This document shows, in pieces, positions 51,894 through 64,000 of a DNA stretch of 64,000 nt (within the stretch, counting starts at the first letter, position 1; every line of letters begins with the position of its first letter). Origin of the DNA: Mizuhopecten yessoensis (taxonomy: Eukaryota); assembly GCF_002113885.1 (NCBI RefSeq), contig NW_018405627.1:955869-1019868 (forward strand), read 5' to 3'. The notes below the pieces were generated by a model. The model was not told where the DNA came from. It was given only the letters and a program-made list of their open reading frames with translations, and searched no databases. The translations under genes were made by a program, and so were the position numbers.

Positions 51894-52857
51894 AAACACT
51901 AATTGGTTGTGTAACAAGAAACTTTTCAGAATCCATATACTTACCAACACGAAATAAATGTTTAGAAAGTGCTGTGCATATAGTTTTATGTTGATCGGCT
52001 GGATCACGAAATGTTACCCTGACAACATAAATGTTAGAATTAATACTCACCTTTGCTTCACCGCCATATAAATCTGGATCCCATACAAGATTATCGTCGT
52101 TCCAATTTAGGCTTACAGAGGCAGTAGTGGTGAGGTTTTCCTCCACAACGTTAATTTCCATGATTCCTACAAGGTTTAATCTCGTCTCCACAAATACCGG
52201 TGTATTATGATCCTTAACGGGGCGTGTGAACTTATTGTAAGAACCTTTGGTGAAAATATCCTGCCATAGTTTCTTAACGTGGTCAATTGTCTCCTCTGAC
52301 GTCACAAACACGATGTAATGACCAACAATAAACTGCAAAGTTAGACATGTGAAGACTTTCCCAAGAACGGACTGAGGCATATTTGCTTTGATGAAGACTG
52401 TTTACAAACAAAATAGTAATCGCAAGATCAAAACGGATATTTATTTACCAATTTTATCTGGCACGGGTTAAATGATTTTTTTTGTAGAAAATCGTCCCAG
52501 GGATGGATCGATTGATTTTAATTTCAGTAGCTTATGGTACAAATCTCATTAACCAATGTTTTCGCTGGATTTTGATTTGTTTGAGACACTCGTCGTACCT
52601 ATCCTGGTTGTGAATGTTGCAGTCTGAAAAATGAAACAGGTCAATATTTCATATCAAAATATTTCATGTAAATCTTCTTATCAAAGCCCTGCGTATACAT
52701 ATCTATACCTGGTTATCTGTGTAAATACTTGTGTCTGCCACTGCACGTGTTGTTAATTAATAATATTAAGGTTCTAAACTATTTAGGAGCAGTGTATTTG
52801 CGATCTGGCGGCACCTGAGAACAACATTCTAGAAGGAAATGAATTCAGGAGGCTGTA

Positions 52858-52925
52858 CCAATCGGGAACCGTCGGCCCTTTCCGCCCTTTCCGTAATTCG
52901 GAAAGTGCCGACGGTTCCCGATTGG
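52858..52925. mobile_element. 68-bp micro-MITE with TSD
   Basis: TIR CCAATCGGGAACCGTCGGC; AGGCTGTA duplicated at 52850-52857 and 52926-52933. Confidence 0.85.
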
Positions 52926-54479
52926 AGGCTGTAATAGACACGTGAAGTGATGATGAACAGTCGAAAATGTGAACATTTGGTTCAGTGAACAGCCGTGACT
53001 AGTGCCATCAGTTTAGGGAAATAACACTCCCACGATCTCATACTTAGTTTATAATCCTTTATTTGTCTCCTTCTGTGTCTCTCTCACATTCTTTCACTTC
53101 GCGTGCTTTAACTTTTATTCTCAAACTCAGACTCAGGTATTGGTAACTTATTCAGTAAATAAATGTTGTAAATGTACGTTATAAAATGTGATTGAAAAAA
53201 AAATCATCTAAGTTTGAAAACTTGCGCCCAAATCCCACTGTAAATGTTTTGCAATAAAATATGCATAAATGAATAATCCGTTATCGGTGGGATTTCCCAG
53301 TCGCGTATAATAGCAGTGGGCTAAATGTCAAAGAAATGGCTACGATTTGTCCTTAATTAATTTTATTTTAAGGAATTAAAAACTGTTAATTAATTAAGGG
53401 CACCGCAGACTTTAGTAAAAAGTTGTTGATAAAGCTATAGTTGTTTGAAATGTGAAAGTGGAGCTTCTGATCTATGTTTATTTTTTTGTAATTTTCATTT
53501 CAAATATTGAATTTTCATTCAAAATAATAGTTAATAAGACTTACATACATTGACCATTTAATTAATTGGCTACCTAAATTCATAATTATAATATAATTAT
53601 ATGTATATTTTTTGCCTCCTGTATAGTATTGATATGGAGATGGCTTATATAGGCTGTGCCTGTTTGCCCAATCCCTTTGACAAGTTGTCATTTTCGTCAA
53701 TAAAAATTGTTGAAATTAAATGAGAAAATTTCAAACGTTCGCGAAAAAAGCGACGGAAGAAATAGAAAAATATATTATGGAATTTTCGGTATTACCCGTC
53801 ATTCACTTGCATGTACAATGAATGCTATTTTGTTCTACACATTTTTAGATCTTACTTACCACATACGTATATATCTTCTACTGTATTTCCTGGAACATGT
53901 ATAATGATGTCTTCTGTTTGCCAGACTCTTCATATATCCATTTTATATATATAGTGCCGCGCCTTCGGTTTCATTAAAGGCATATGAACGACTGTCAAGT
54001 CTACGGCAAGTGAATGATCAAAAACAGCTTTTAACTGGATGTTGAGATAATTTAAGTGAGTGATGTTATCAATATATTCAAGTACATATGTTAAGCATTG
54101 TATCCGTGTCATATATATATATATATCGATTTACGGTAACAGACATCAAACACTGTATTACAATCATCGATATATTCGTCATGATTTAAGAGATAGTTAA
54201 ACATTAGAAGCTTTTAGCTTCTTACCGAGTCCTTTTTGTATAATTTATTAATTGTCCTGCTTTTCCTTCGTAATAAAATATATATTTACTAAACAAACAT
54301 TCGTTAATTCTGTCAATACTCGACAGACAACTCATCAAATATATAGTAGTTTTATTCTTTTGCTAACTAGAAATAGTCACGAAATCGATCGACCGATTGT
54401 TTAAAAATACAAAACTGACCAGGACCATATATGTACAGTGGCCATACTGTAATAGAATATATTGTTTGTAGCTTTTTAA

Positions 54480-54562
54480 CCCTTTCACCACTGTAGACTG
54501 TAATGGACTCGTCCAGATCAATACATGGTAGAGTCTACTAAAGTTACATAGGGGTGAAAGGG
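54480..54562. mobile_element. piggyBac-like miniature element
   Basis: TTAA|CCCTTTCACC…GGTGAAAGGG|TTCA. Confidence 0.65.
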
Positions 54563-56518
54563 TTCACGTTAACATCGTCTCGCCCAACAGTTCAATCTCG
54601 ATAGTGATGAACAAACTTAATCATGACTATTCGGAGTAGAAGTTAATGTTTACCTAGCTAATGGCCGTCCCAGATATATATAACTATAATCTAAGTAGTA
54701 ATTGGTTAGTGTGCTCCTGTCACGTGCAGCTGTCCAAGAACATTTCGTCTGGTCTGACGGCTAACTCTTGTTAATTTTATTAATTACAGTGTAATTGTTT
54801 TATTTTTAAACATTTCTTGGTTTTTAATTTACAATACTTATGTCCATCCTGTTCCACCATGTATTGTTGTCACCCATTTGTATATATATATATATATATA
54901 TATATATTCTCCACACTGTATTGTTTATGAGAATAAAACAATAGTCATTGTCATTATTGTTTTCTTTGTCTTCTTTGTTATCATAACACATCTAATTCAT
55001 GACTTTTGGCGTAGTTTGTACGTATTTTTATTACAACTTAGTCCATATCAAGCTTTTCAAGATATACCGCGACGCGCATGCACGTGTCCCCCACCTCCGG
55101 GTGATATATATAGATTATTAAGCGGCATTTCAGAAAAATGCTAATAGCTCGTTCTCCAAAACATTTTCTTTTAAATGTATATATGGTTCATGGTTCATGG
55201 TGGTCGACATCTTCGTAAGCACAGTATTGCTTCTGTTGACGCTTCTTCATAGTTGTTCACATATTTACGGGTTGTGCAGAGGACGCGTATATACTAAAAT
55301 TACATATTAGTAGCACGATGGTAAAAACTTGATTGGATGGTTGACTTCTGATCATTTAGTTATTACGTCTACGTTATAAATGTATATGATAAAATATTAA
55401 ACGAAAATTGGTTCGGTGTCATTTTTAAGTTGAAATCCCTCCAAAGTGTAATGGTAAGATATATCCTCCATGCCTTTCACAAACCTTCAAAGGATGGTTT
55501 TCTTGAAAGTAAACTAAAGAATGAAAGTTGCAATCTTCTAAAACCTAATATACATACTTAACCATGTGTAATGGTTATTAGAATGCGGTTGTTGGTCTCA
55601 GCAGACACGTATGTATTACTACCTTTGGGTTTATATGTATCTGGTGTCAGCTATAGGAAAATTATTAGTTTCTGATATAGGTGATTATGCTGTTATCTTC
55701 ATAGGTTGTTTTTGATATTTTTTTGTGAAGCAACAAGTGATATACTTTCAAGTAATGCTATTTATTTTAAAGTGCATATTCATATATGTAGCCCATCTTT
55801 TTTCATTTACCTTTGATACACGTTTTTTTTTTTTAATTTTCAGATCCGTTTAAAATCCGTTAACACCGGTTTTCAGTCAAATAACTACAGGAATTAAAAA
55901 TGTAATTCGTATGGTGAGCATAAACTATATATAATCCCGCTTTGCACCCTGATATTTATACATTCCGCCATGGCAATTCAACTTTCCGGATATTTATATC
56001 TGCCGTTTCGTGTATTAAGTAAAGTAACACGCTTCCGGGGTCTCATCTGCCTTTTTTGTCAAGATGTCCCTTTGCATTTTATGAAAGATATCGACTATGA
56101 AATGCAGAAAGAGGTATATGCATACACACGTTTTGAATTTCGTATATTTGACATGATGGAATTTCGTCATGCATTTAATCATCGAAAAGAGAAATTGTGG
56201 CATTGCTTTTTGTATTCCACGCAAACAATTTATGCAAAGATGATTATGCGCATACATGTACTTAACCAACGCATGTATTAGGTCACCAATTTCTTTATCT
56301 TATAATATTTGCAACGATTAACAAAGATATAATATCTCAAAAGAAATACTTCTCATACTAAGTCAATCATCTAGAACTTATTTTGTCAATATTTACATCT
56401 ATATCCGTACGCTACTTCTAGGGAAACTGTCTGTATTTCATGATACAGGCTCTGTCAGTGCACAACGAGCCCCTGTGGTCAATGTACATATGTAGTATGA
56501 GATGGGCTCATAACTTTT

Positions 56519-56938
56519 CCTCAAAATGAAAAATAATATGGAAGTTGGTTGGTAAACCCATGTCAAGAACAATGTCAATAATGACCTTTGCACAAATTAT
56601 TTGTTGAAAATATTGTTGACTTTGTCTGAAAAGTAACGTTGAATGCAGAATTTTTGTGGCACAAAATTGCAATGAATAATGACACCACAGACTTATAGAT
56701 CTAATTCTGTGATGAAACTAATGAAAACACTTACATGTAGATGCATTCCTGAAGTATCCATGTATTGACTATTATCGAGAAAAATGTAATGCGCCACTAA
56801 AATTCTGCATTCAAAAGTTACTTTTCAGACAAAATCAAGAATATTTTCGACAAATAATTTCTGCAATGGTGATAACTATTGACATTGTTCTTGACATGGG
56901 TTTACTTACCAACTTCCATATTTTTTTTCATTTTGAGG
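56519..56938. mobile_element. Long palindromic MITE
   Basis: Arms over 130 bp: cctcaaaatgaaaaa…catgtcaagaacaatgtcaata / tattgacattgttcttgacatg…cattttgagg. Confidence 0.85.
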
Positions 56939-57483
56939 ATGTATACACTGACATATGGACCTTGAAGTTAATTAGAGCTCTTCTACTGCCATTAGAATAT
57001 TTTTTTTAAGTTTCCTATTGAACTGTTTCTGATTAATTCCGAACTCCAAAGCTTAAGTCATACCAGTATATTAATATAAAAAAAAGTTTTATCTATTCAG
57101 AAATTTTAGATTTATTCTATGAAGACAATGTAAATGGTCCCTCAGGCAAAAATGGGGACATGCAAAGGTTGAAGTTCACAAACATGATCAATTGTAACCA
57201 GACATACTTATATGTACATATGAACACAATTTAATTGGCCTATCTTATTTCCAAAATACATTTATTGGCACAGTGTATCTTCAATTGACCGATATGAGGT
57301 AATGATTACAAGTCCTTAATCATTAATTTGTGCAAACTTTGCCAAGTTTGATAATACAATGTACGTATTTCAGTGAAACAAGGGAACTAATACATGTACA
57401 CACTATAACAGGAAATCTGCTGGAGTGGCATGCAGATCAAAGAAATTCATCTTACTTCATCCAGGTTCAAAGCAATGCGCGAT

Positions 57484-57786
57484 CACAGGGACCTGAACAT
57501 TTGTTACAGCTATATTTGGACCTAGACTAGGGTGTTCAGAGTAATTTTACACGTTTGGGAGGTTTAGATCAAATTTCGGTAAAAATGCCACCCCCCAATG
57601 ATCGTATGATTTTACACGTATGAGGGGTTTAGATCAAATTTCGGTAAAAATGCCACTCGCAATGATATATATGATCATTGAGATTGGCATTTTTACCGAA
57701 AATCAATCTAAACCCCCCAAACGTGTAAAATTACTCTAAACACCCTAGTTAATGTCCAAGCTGTAACAAATTCCCAGGCCCCTGTG
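57484..57786. mobile_element. MITE with CACAGGG…CCCTGTG termini
   Basis: Long inverted arms plus an internal tandem duplication; relatives at 13072 and 41840. Confidence 0.8.
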
Positions 57787-58036
57787 TGCAAGATTGGTGC
57801 AAGTGCAGTTCGGTAATTTGGGCTAATTAATCTTTTATCCTAACTAATAAATCTAGAGTCTGACTGACTGACTGACCTGATGTAATCTCTTAACATTAGA
57901 TGATCCAGCTGTGCCATAACATGAAAGTGTTATATTTACATTTTGTTGACTTATTGTTTCCTTATATATCTTTTCAGATTTTGAGGTCAGTGCACCATTC
58001 TATCTGTAAGACAAGGCAGCTATTTATGAGGTGATA

Positions 58037-60040
58037 ATGGAAAATAAAGGAATGGTGGGAAGTTCTAGAGGTAATATGAAGGTTGATGAGGGAAACTGTG
58101 GAGAAGTTATTCAGCAAGGTTTAGACATGGCACCAGAACTAAATACCCATGTTCAGATTACAAGAACGCGTCCACCTTCCATTAGAATAAAACAGAAAAG
58201 GACAGACATTTCAGGTACGGGAAAAACATCGCTAGCTGTTGTTAAGCCTGGTGGTAGTTCAAGACGAGGTTCCACAAAGAACTTTGCCAAAGCTAAAAGT
58301 CTCTCAACTGGAAAATCAAGTAATCTTGGAAAGAGATCCGTGAAGAAACGTGTTTCTTCAAAAGGAAAAAAGAAAACCAAACAGACAAAATTGGATATCC
58401 AAGCACAAATGCAACGATCGGTATGTAGCAAGTCTGTTGAGGGTGTACAGCAATTAACAATTGACCATGACAAGGATCAAGCAGATTTGAAATGTTTAAT
58501 TTGTGCCAAAACATTTTCCAATATAGTTGAATTGAACTTTCACACACAAACGCATAACATTATCCATGAATGTGATGTTTGTGAAAAAGTATTCAAACTT
58601 GCATCTAGTCTCCGGCATCATAAGCGACTACACACGGGCAAGAATGTTCTCCAGTGTGGTCAGTGTGACCGTGTGTTTATTCACTCGGGTCATTTTAAAG
58701 ATCATCAGCAGCAGCATACTGGTGAAAAATTATTCAAATGTGAAATTTGCTTGAAAACGTTCACACGAAAGCATACTCTAAAACAACATCAGGTGGCACT
58801 TCATGAGGATAAAACTCTACCCGAGTGCGAGTTCTGTGGGATTAAATTCAACTGTGTAAGTCATCTTATAAATCATACTAAAACTCATAACGATCAATCG
58901 TCTTATAAATGTTTTATTTGCAAGCAAATATTTGATAGAATTGAACTCTTTGTGAGCCATTTTGAGGCTGATCATAAAGGATCTACGAATACAGACATTT
59001 TACCAGTGTCTGGTAATGTGATACAAGGTGATAATGTTACGGAACCTGATAATTCCCTCGAATGTGACCGCTGTGGGAAAGTCTTTAGGCAGGCGTCAAA
59101 TCTCAAGCATCACTATCGAAAACATACTGGAAAAAATCTGCTGAAATGCGAGTTTTGCGACAGAATGTTCAACCATTCTGGTCACTTGCGGGACCATATG
59201 AGAAGACACATGGGAAAGAAAGAGTTTCAATGTACACTCTGTCAAAAATCTTTTACTTGTTCATCAGGTCTGACTCAACATTACAAAGCACATAACATTA
59301 TTGAGCCAGATAAGCCGTTCAGGTGTGATGACTGTGGTCAAGTCTTTAAGCAGGCATCGAATCTCAAGCATCATTATAGAAAACATACTGGAAAGAATCT
59401 GCTGAAGTGCGAGTATTGTGAAAGAATGTTCAACCATTCGGGTCACCTGAGAGACCACATGCGGAGACACACAGGAGAGAAACTGTTTCAATGTAAAATT
59501 TGTGAGAAAGCATTTACCTGTTCACCAGGTCTAACTCAACACTACAAAACCCATGAGAGTGGTGCACTCTCCCAGTGTGAAGTTTGTGGTAAAACATTTA
59601 CGGAGCTAGGTAGTCTGAAAACTCATTTACGTAAACATACGGGGCAGAAAAACTTTGCATGTAAAGTTTGTCAGAAAGCTTATACCTATGCCAGTGGCCT
59701 CGCTTATCATATGAAGTTACATGAAACCAGCGTAAAATCATTCAGTTGTGAACTTTGTGGAAAACTGTTCAGACATGCAGCTAACCTCGCTAGTCATTCT
59801 CTCACACACACGGAACAACGGCCGCACGCGTGTGATGTCTGTCATAGGACATTTAAGCACAGGTGCAGTTTGAAAAAACATGCTGTGATTCACACTGGAG
59901 TGAAACCGTTCAAATGCATGGTTTGTTTGCAGACATTTAGACGATCCGATAGCCTGCAAAGACATAAGAAAATCCACTCCAACCTTGATCAAGTTGAACA
60001 TTTACATGTAGATAGAAATGGCACGCCTGAATACGCTTGA
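58037..60040 (+). CDS. C2H2 zinc-finger protein, 17 fingers, single coding exon (667 aa)
   Basis: 17 C-x2-C-x12-H-x3/4-H motifs with TGEK-type linkers; basic N-terminal region; in-frame TAA at 58007-58009 upstream of ATG 58037; acceptor TTTTCAG ends 57977. Confidence 0.95.
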   Translation: MENKGMVGSSRGNMKVDEGNCGEVIQQGLDMAPELNTHVQITRTRPPSIRIKQKRTDISGTGKTSLAVVKPGGSSRRGSTKNFAKAKSLSTGKSSNLGKRSVKKRVSSKGKKKTKQTKLDIQAQMQRSVCSKSVEGVQQLTIDHDKDQADLKCLICAKTFSNIVELNFHTQTHNIIHECDVCEKVFKLASSLRHHKRLHTGKNVLQCGQCDRVFIHSGHFKDHQQQHTGEKLFKCEICLKTFTRKHTLKQHQVALHEDKTLPECEFCGIKFNCVSHLINHTKTHNDQSSYKCFICKQIFDRIELFVSHFEADHKGSTNTDILPVSGNVIQGDNVTEPDNSLECDRCGKVFRQASNLKHHYRKHTGKNLLKCEFCDRMFNHSGHLRDHMRRHMGKKEFQCTLCQKSFTCSSGLTQHYKAHNIIEPDKPFRCDDCGQVFKQASNLKHHYRKHTGKNLLKCEYCERMFNHSGHLRDHMRRHTGEKLFQCKICEKAFTCSPGLTQHYKTHESGALSQCEVCGKTFTELGSLKTHLRKHTGQKNFACKVCQKAYTYASGLAYHMKLHETSVKSFSCELCGKLFRHAANLASHSLTHTEQRPHACDVCHRTFKHRCSLKKHAVIHTGVKPFKCMVCLQTFRRSDSLQRHKKIHSNLDQVEHLHVDRNGTPEYA

Positions 60041-61419
60041 ATGCATATATGTACACTATGTGTTGGTGAAGGCTTCAGGATTTATGAACATGTAGGGGTT
60101 AATCAGGGTACTTTTTAAGTCAATTCACAGAGCCATTCTCTTTCAGAAGAGTGTGATTTTCCCCAAATTGCCCCTTTAAAATTCCAAGTTGGGGAAAAAT
60201 GCATCAATTTAAATAAATTCCTCACAACTGACTGATTTCACAATATGGTAGGCAGGGACAGAATGATCATGTTTTGTCGTAAAGATTAAATAATTAAGGC
60301 TTTAATATATAAGTTAACAGCCTAATTCCTTGTAATCAGAGTTCTTTTTTTTTTATTTAATGTCATCTATATTTCAGGACATGGTTCTTTTGTCAGTAAT
60401 ATAATTATGTCCTTATGATTTATTGTCCGTATTTGTATCACCTAACTTTCTGTCAAAACCATTTATTTAATAGAAAACATTTTGAGCAGTTCATAATTAT
60501 ATGAAGCTCTTTTATAGCCCACTATAAGGTGTACATGTAGAACAATGGTTGTAGCTGTTAAGATAATGAAATATTTGTCCAGGGAATAATTCCAGTTTTA
60601 GTAAGACAATATTCTTTTACAATTATACAGATCTATGAATACATTTGTATTTCATATACTGTAGCAATAGGAGTTCAAAGGTCATCCAGTGATTGTGACA
60701 TTATTTTCAATACATGTATATATATATATATATATATAAAGTACATGGTGACATGAATAAAATGTGTTTTCTCAGATCTCCAGTCAGTATTGAATGGTCT
60801 CGTGACTGTTCTTTAAATTTACAAATATATAGCTTTGATACAGATGTTGCAGGGCCATACTATACATGTCTAAATATGTATCCCTCAGGCCTAGATACAT
60901 AAAAGATATTATTATTATAATTTGTTTTAAGAAATGTGATGAGTGATGACATATCTGCAATGATAACTTAGTTAAATCATAAAATGTAAGCAGTGCATTT
61001 AAAGATGATAAGGTTTGACCCAAGGGAAATAACTCAGGTATTTTTAAGGCCAATATTTATATATGAATACATGTACATGTAGTCTGCATGTTGAAATTGT
61101 TTACAAATAAATCATTTATTACAAAAATGTAATATTGTGGTCATGTATTTCTGAATAAATAAGAAAAAAATGCATCTTGTTAAGTGTAGAAAACATTTAT
61201 TTAAATATTACGAAAAGTAAATAACTGACAATAAATATTTTCAAATTAAAAACAACCTGTACAAAGGGTTCCTGTTGGTTTACAATAATTCTGATATTAT
61301 TGACATGGAGTTCTTGTTGGGATGTATTAAAAATGGTACTGTTTGATTAATATTTGTACAGAAAGTACAAATAATTGTACCTGAAAACTTTTCCTCAGTG
61401 AATCTTTCACCTTTTACAG

Positions 61420-61570
61420 TTACAATTCTAACTTTCACTGGTACAGTTCAAACTTTCATGGTACAATTCTAACTTTCACTGGTACAGTTCAAACTTTCAT
61501 GGTACAATTCTAACTTTCACTGGTACAATTCAAATTTTCACCTTTCACAGGTACACTTCAAACTTTCACT
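61420..61570. repeat. Tandem repeat of about 20-bp units (about 41-bp dimer)
   Basis: ggtacaattctaactttcact / ggtacagttcaaactttcat alternating. Confidence 0.85.
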
Positions 61571-61979
61571 AAGTTTTAATTTTGCCAAGATTTACCATAT
61601 ATATAGTAAGTTGTGTACTGAACTTCATTGTCATTATCATCAAAACCACTATTGGTCCCTCTAACGTTATAGTTCTAGGCATACAAATTCTACATTAGTA
61701 ATAATCCTAATTCATCAGCCCCATTCTAACAAGAACATCATTATATAATGTACCTGAATTCCGTCAATATTACTAAGTACTGTACATGTACATGTATAGG
61801 CATAAGTAAAACAAATATGCATATTTCATGAAAACCCTTCAGTCATCAAAATGTTTGAAAAGATGTGAGGGAAATTTTATAAAGAATTAAATGATATCCT
61901 CTATTTGATAAAAAGACTTAGTTTATCATTGTGTGATGTACATGTATAGTCAGGATTTGTCTCAAATTCACAGGAGTTG

Positions 61980-62336
61980 CATCCTCGATATCCAGGGGGT
62001 TCGCTCACTTTCGCTCTCTACACCCCTGGAATATGTCGTAGCAAAATTGAAGGCACGAAGATAGCTGTTTGATTGGTCTCGGATAAAAAAAACCTGACCA
62101 ATCGCTAGACTGATACCTGTCCTTTGAAGTTTACAAAGGAGAGGCGCCCGACTTCAAAGCCTGACAAATTTTACTGTTATGTGACCGCGAAATTCTTTTG
62201 ATGTATGTCAAACGATCAAAGTAGTCTTCTTGTCTCATCAACAAGGTGGCACACACCGAGCCTTCAAGTTTGCTATGACATATATTCCAGGGGTGTAGAG
62301 AGAGAAATTGAGCGTAACTCCTGGATATCGAGGATG
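61980..62336. mobile_element. MITE with 9-bp TSD
   Basis: TIR catcctcgatatccagg…; CAGGAGTTG at 61971-61979 and 62337-62345. Confidence 0.85.
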
Positions 62337-62504
62337 CAGGAGTTGATGTTTCTTTATCAGCATATATATATGCATCATCACTGTTGATAACCTCTGATTC
62401 AGTATATTATGTCACCAACAGCTAAACATGAATCAAATGAACCTGCTGCTGTGCATAAACACTTTGTACATGATGAATCGGCATGAGAATCAGATCCTTC
62501 ATTG

Positions 62505-63306
62505 TCAGGATGTGTCTGTTGGCTGTATGCCCATCACAGCAATTTGTTGTGGGGTGAGAACTTCAGCAGCGTGCTCAGCCTGCCAGGCAGTTATTCTCTC
62601 AGCTCCAAACTCTGCTGACAGCTTATCCAGCTTTACCTGGGATTTGTCCACTTCTTTGTTCATCCTGTAATAATTATAATAAATCCTATAATTATCCTAA
62701 ATATCATATCATTACGTTACTAATTATAGATTACTTACGTATGCACACACACATACTGTACATGTAATAGCACCTGTCCCTCCTTAGTCTCCTATATGAT
62801 GTACGTGTAGACAGAGAAATCTCCATCCAAGAGACACGTGTCCGACCATAGCATTATTGATATAGCCCATTGTCTGTTATGTAAAACTTCAAAATATGAA
62901 ATCTGATGGAGCCTATTTACATGAGTTACAATTCCTTTGTTTGATGTACAAATCTTCAAAGTAACAGAAATCATCAGACTTTTGAGCTACGGTTCCTGCA
63001 GCTATACGCTTACCATGATGATGCATTGAAATTTTTTCAGGTAACTCGGAGGCAATTAATATCAGGAATAAAATTCACTTCACATTGCAATGTTTCTATC
63101 ACAAAAAGTTTGAACAAAAACATACACAAATTGAACCTGGAAAATATCAATTCAATGTTTAAAAGTAATTCCTTTTTTTAAGCATTCATTACTACAGAAA
63201 TACTATGCAGATGTAATCACCTTCTGCTCTCAGATATGGCTCTGTCAAAGAAATTTGAAGTCCGGTCATCATCAATGTCTTCAGTGGCATCCATCTTCCC
63301 ATTTTC
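62505..63306 (-). CDS. Last two coding exons (63221-63306 and 62505-62664) of an unidentified gene extending beyond the window
   Basis: Canonical TTACAG acceptors and AG|GTGATT donor; phase-2 join gives ENGKMDATEDIDDDRTSNFFDRAISESRRMNKEVDKSQVKLDKLSAEFGAERITAWQAEHAAEVLTPQQIAVMGIQPTDTS*. Confidence 0.8.
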
Positions 63307-64000
63307 CTGTAAGAGCAATTAAAACCAATAGTTAAGCTAGAAAAAAAATCATTATTTTAAAGGTTACGCAGTGATGTCATTTAAATATCCAGGTGTTAAT
63401 TATACACTCTCGTGCTTAAAATAAAAAAGAGTTAAATTTCATAACCTGATATCAAAGTACCTTAAAAATAAAAACTTCAAACTTTTCTATGTAAATGACT
63501 GTATAAATCACTAGGCAACCCTCATTTTCGTGTGATATATTATTTGATCTGAAGAACTGCAAAACTGGAGCCAATGGAATAAGCATATCTGTCCACACAG
63601 AGGAGATTCAAAATTATATTATTCCATTTAGATATTGTTGCTTACTTGTTCATTCGATCATTATACGGTTCGTACCAGAAACTTACTGAAACAGCTATTA
63701 AAAATGATACTTAAATGACTTGATCAGGAATATACTGATTGTTTTCGGGTCTATAAGTTTTAATTACATATTTTTCTTGGTCAAGAATTTTGAAAATGTT
63801 ATGTGCCTACAAGCTACTATACTGCATTATACAAACATTCCTACAAACTACATTCAAACAGAGAGATCACCAATGCTATACATGTACATACAGTTTTTTG
63901 CTGTGTCCTACATATACACGGACCTTGCAATTTTGAACAGATCAGATTTTTTTAATTTGTGAAAAAAATATCTCATGAAAAGAAACAACACATATATATA

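Larger units (their letters stand above)
49655..52380 (-). pseudogene. nAChR-like subunit D, probable pseudogene (exons 52051-52380 and about 49655-50468)
   Basis: Donor AAG|GTGAGT at the same codon as in C. Lesions: Cys-loop FPFD>VPVD, GEK>GEQ, 9-nt deletion (LTI) in M2, +1 frameshift before TWMDV, M4 replaced by minisatellite. Confidence 0.85.

Overview
AT-rich eukaryotic genomic DNA, most likely a bivalve mollusc (inferred from opine dehydrogenase, intronless nAChR-like paralogues, and V-/CORE-/Meta-type SINEs). The core is a minus-strand tandem array of four divergent Cys-loop (nAChR-like) subunit genes: A and B are intronless, C has two exons, and D has two exons and is decaying. All four lack the canonical acetylcholine-binding residues; A-C keep a cation-type GEK pore (GEQ in D). 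An opine dehydrogenase with an intronless CDS sits inside the array, head-to-head with C. Also present are a 17-finger C2H2 zinc-finger gene, the last two exons of a convergent unknown gene, and an unidentified Cys/His-rich spliced gene or pseudogene at 6.5-8.8 kb. The mobilome is dense: two back-to-back miniature LTR elements with tRNA-like sequences in their LTRs sharing a CATG target, SINEs, L2/Tx1/CR1-group/Penelope remnants, hammerhead-like motifs, many MITEs and tandem repeats. All calls were made by eye; no searches were run.
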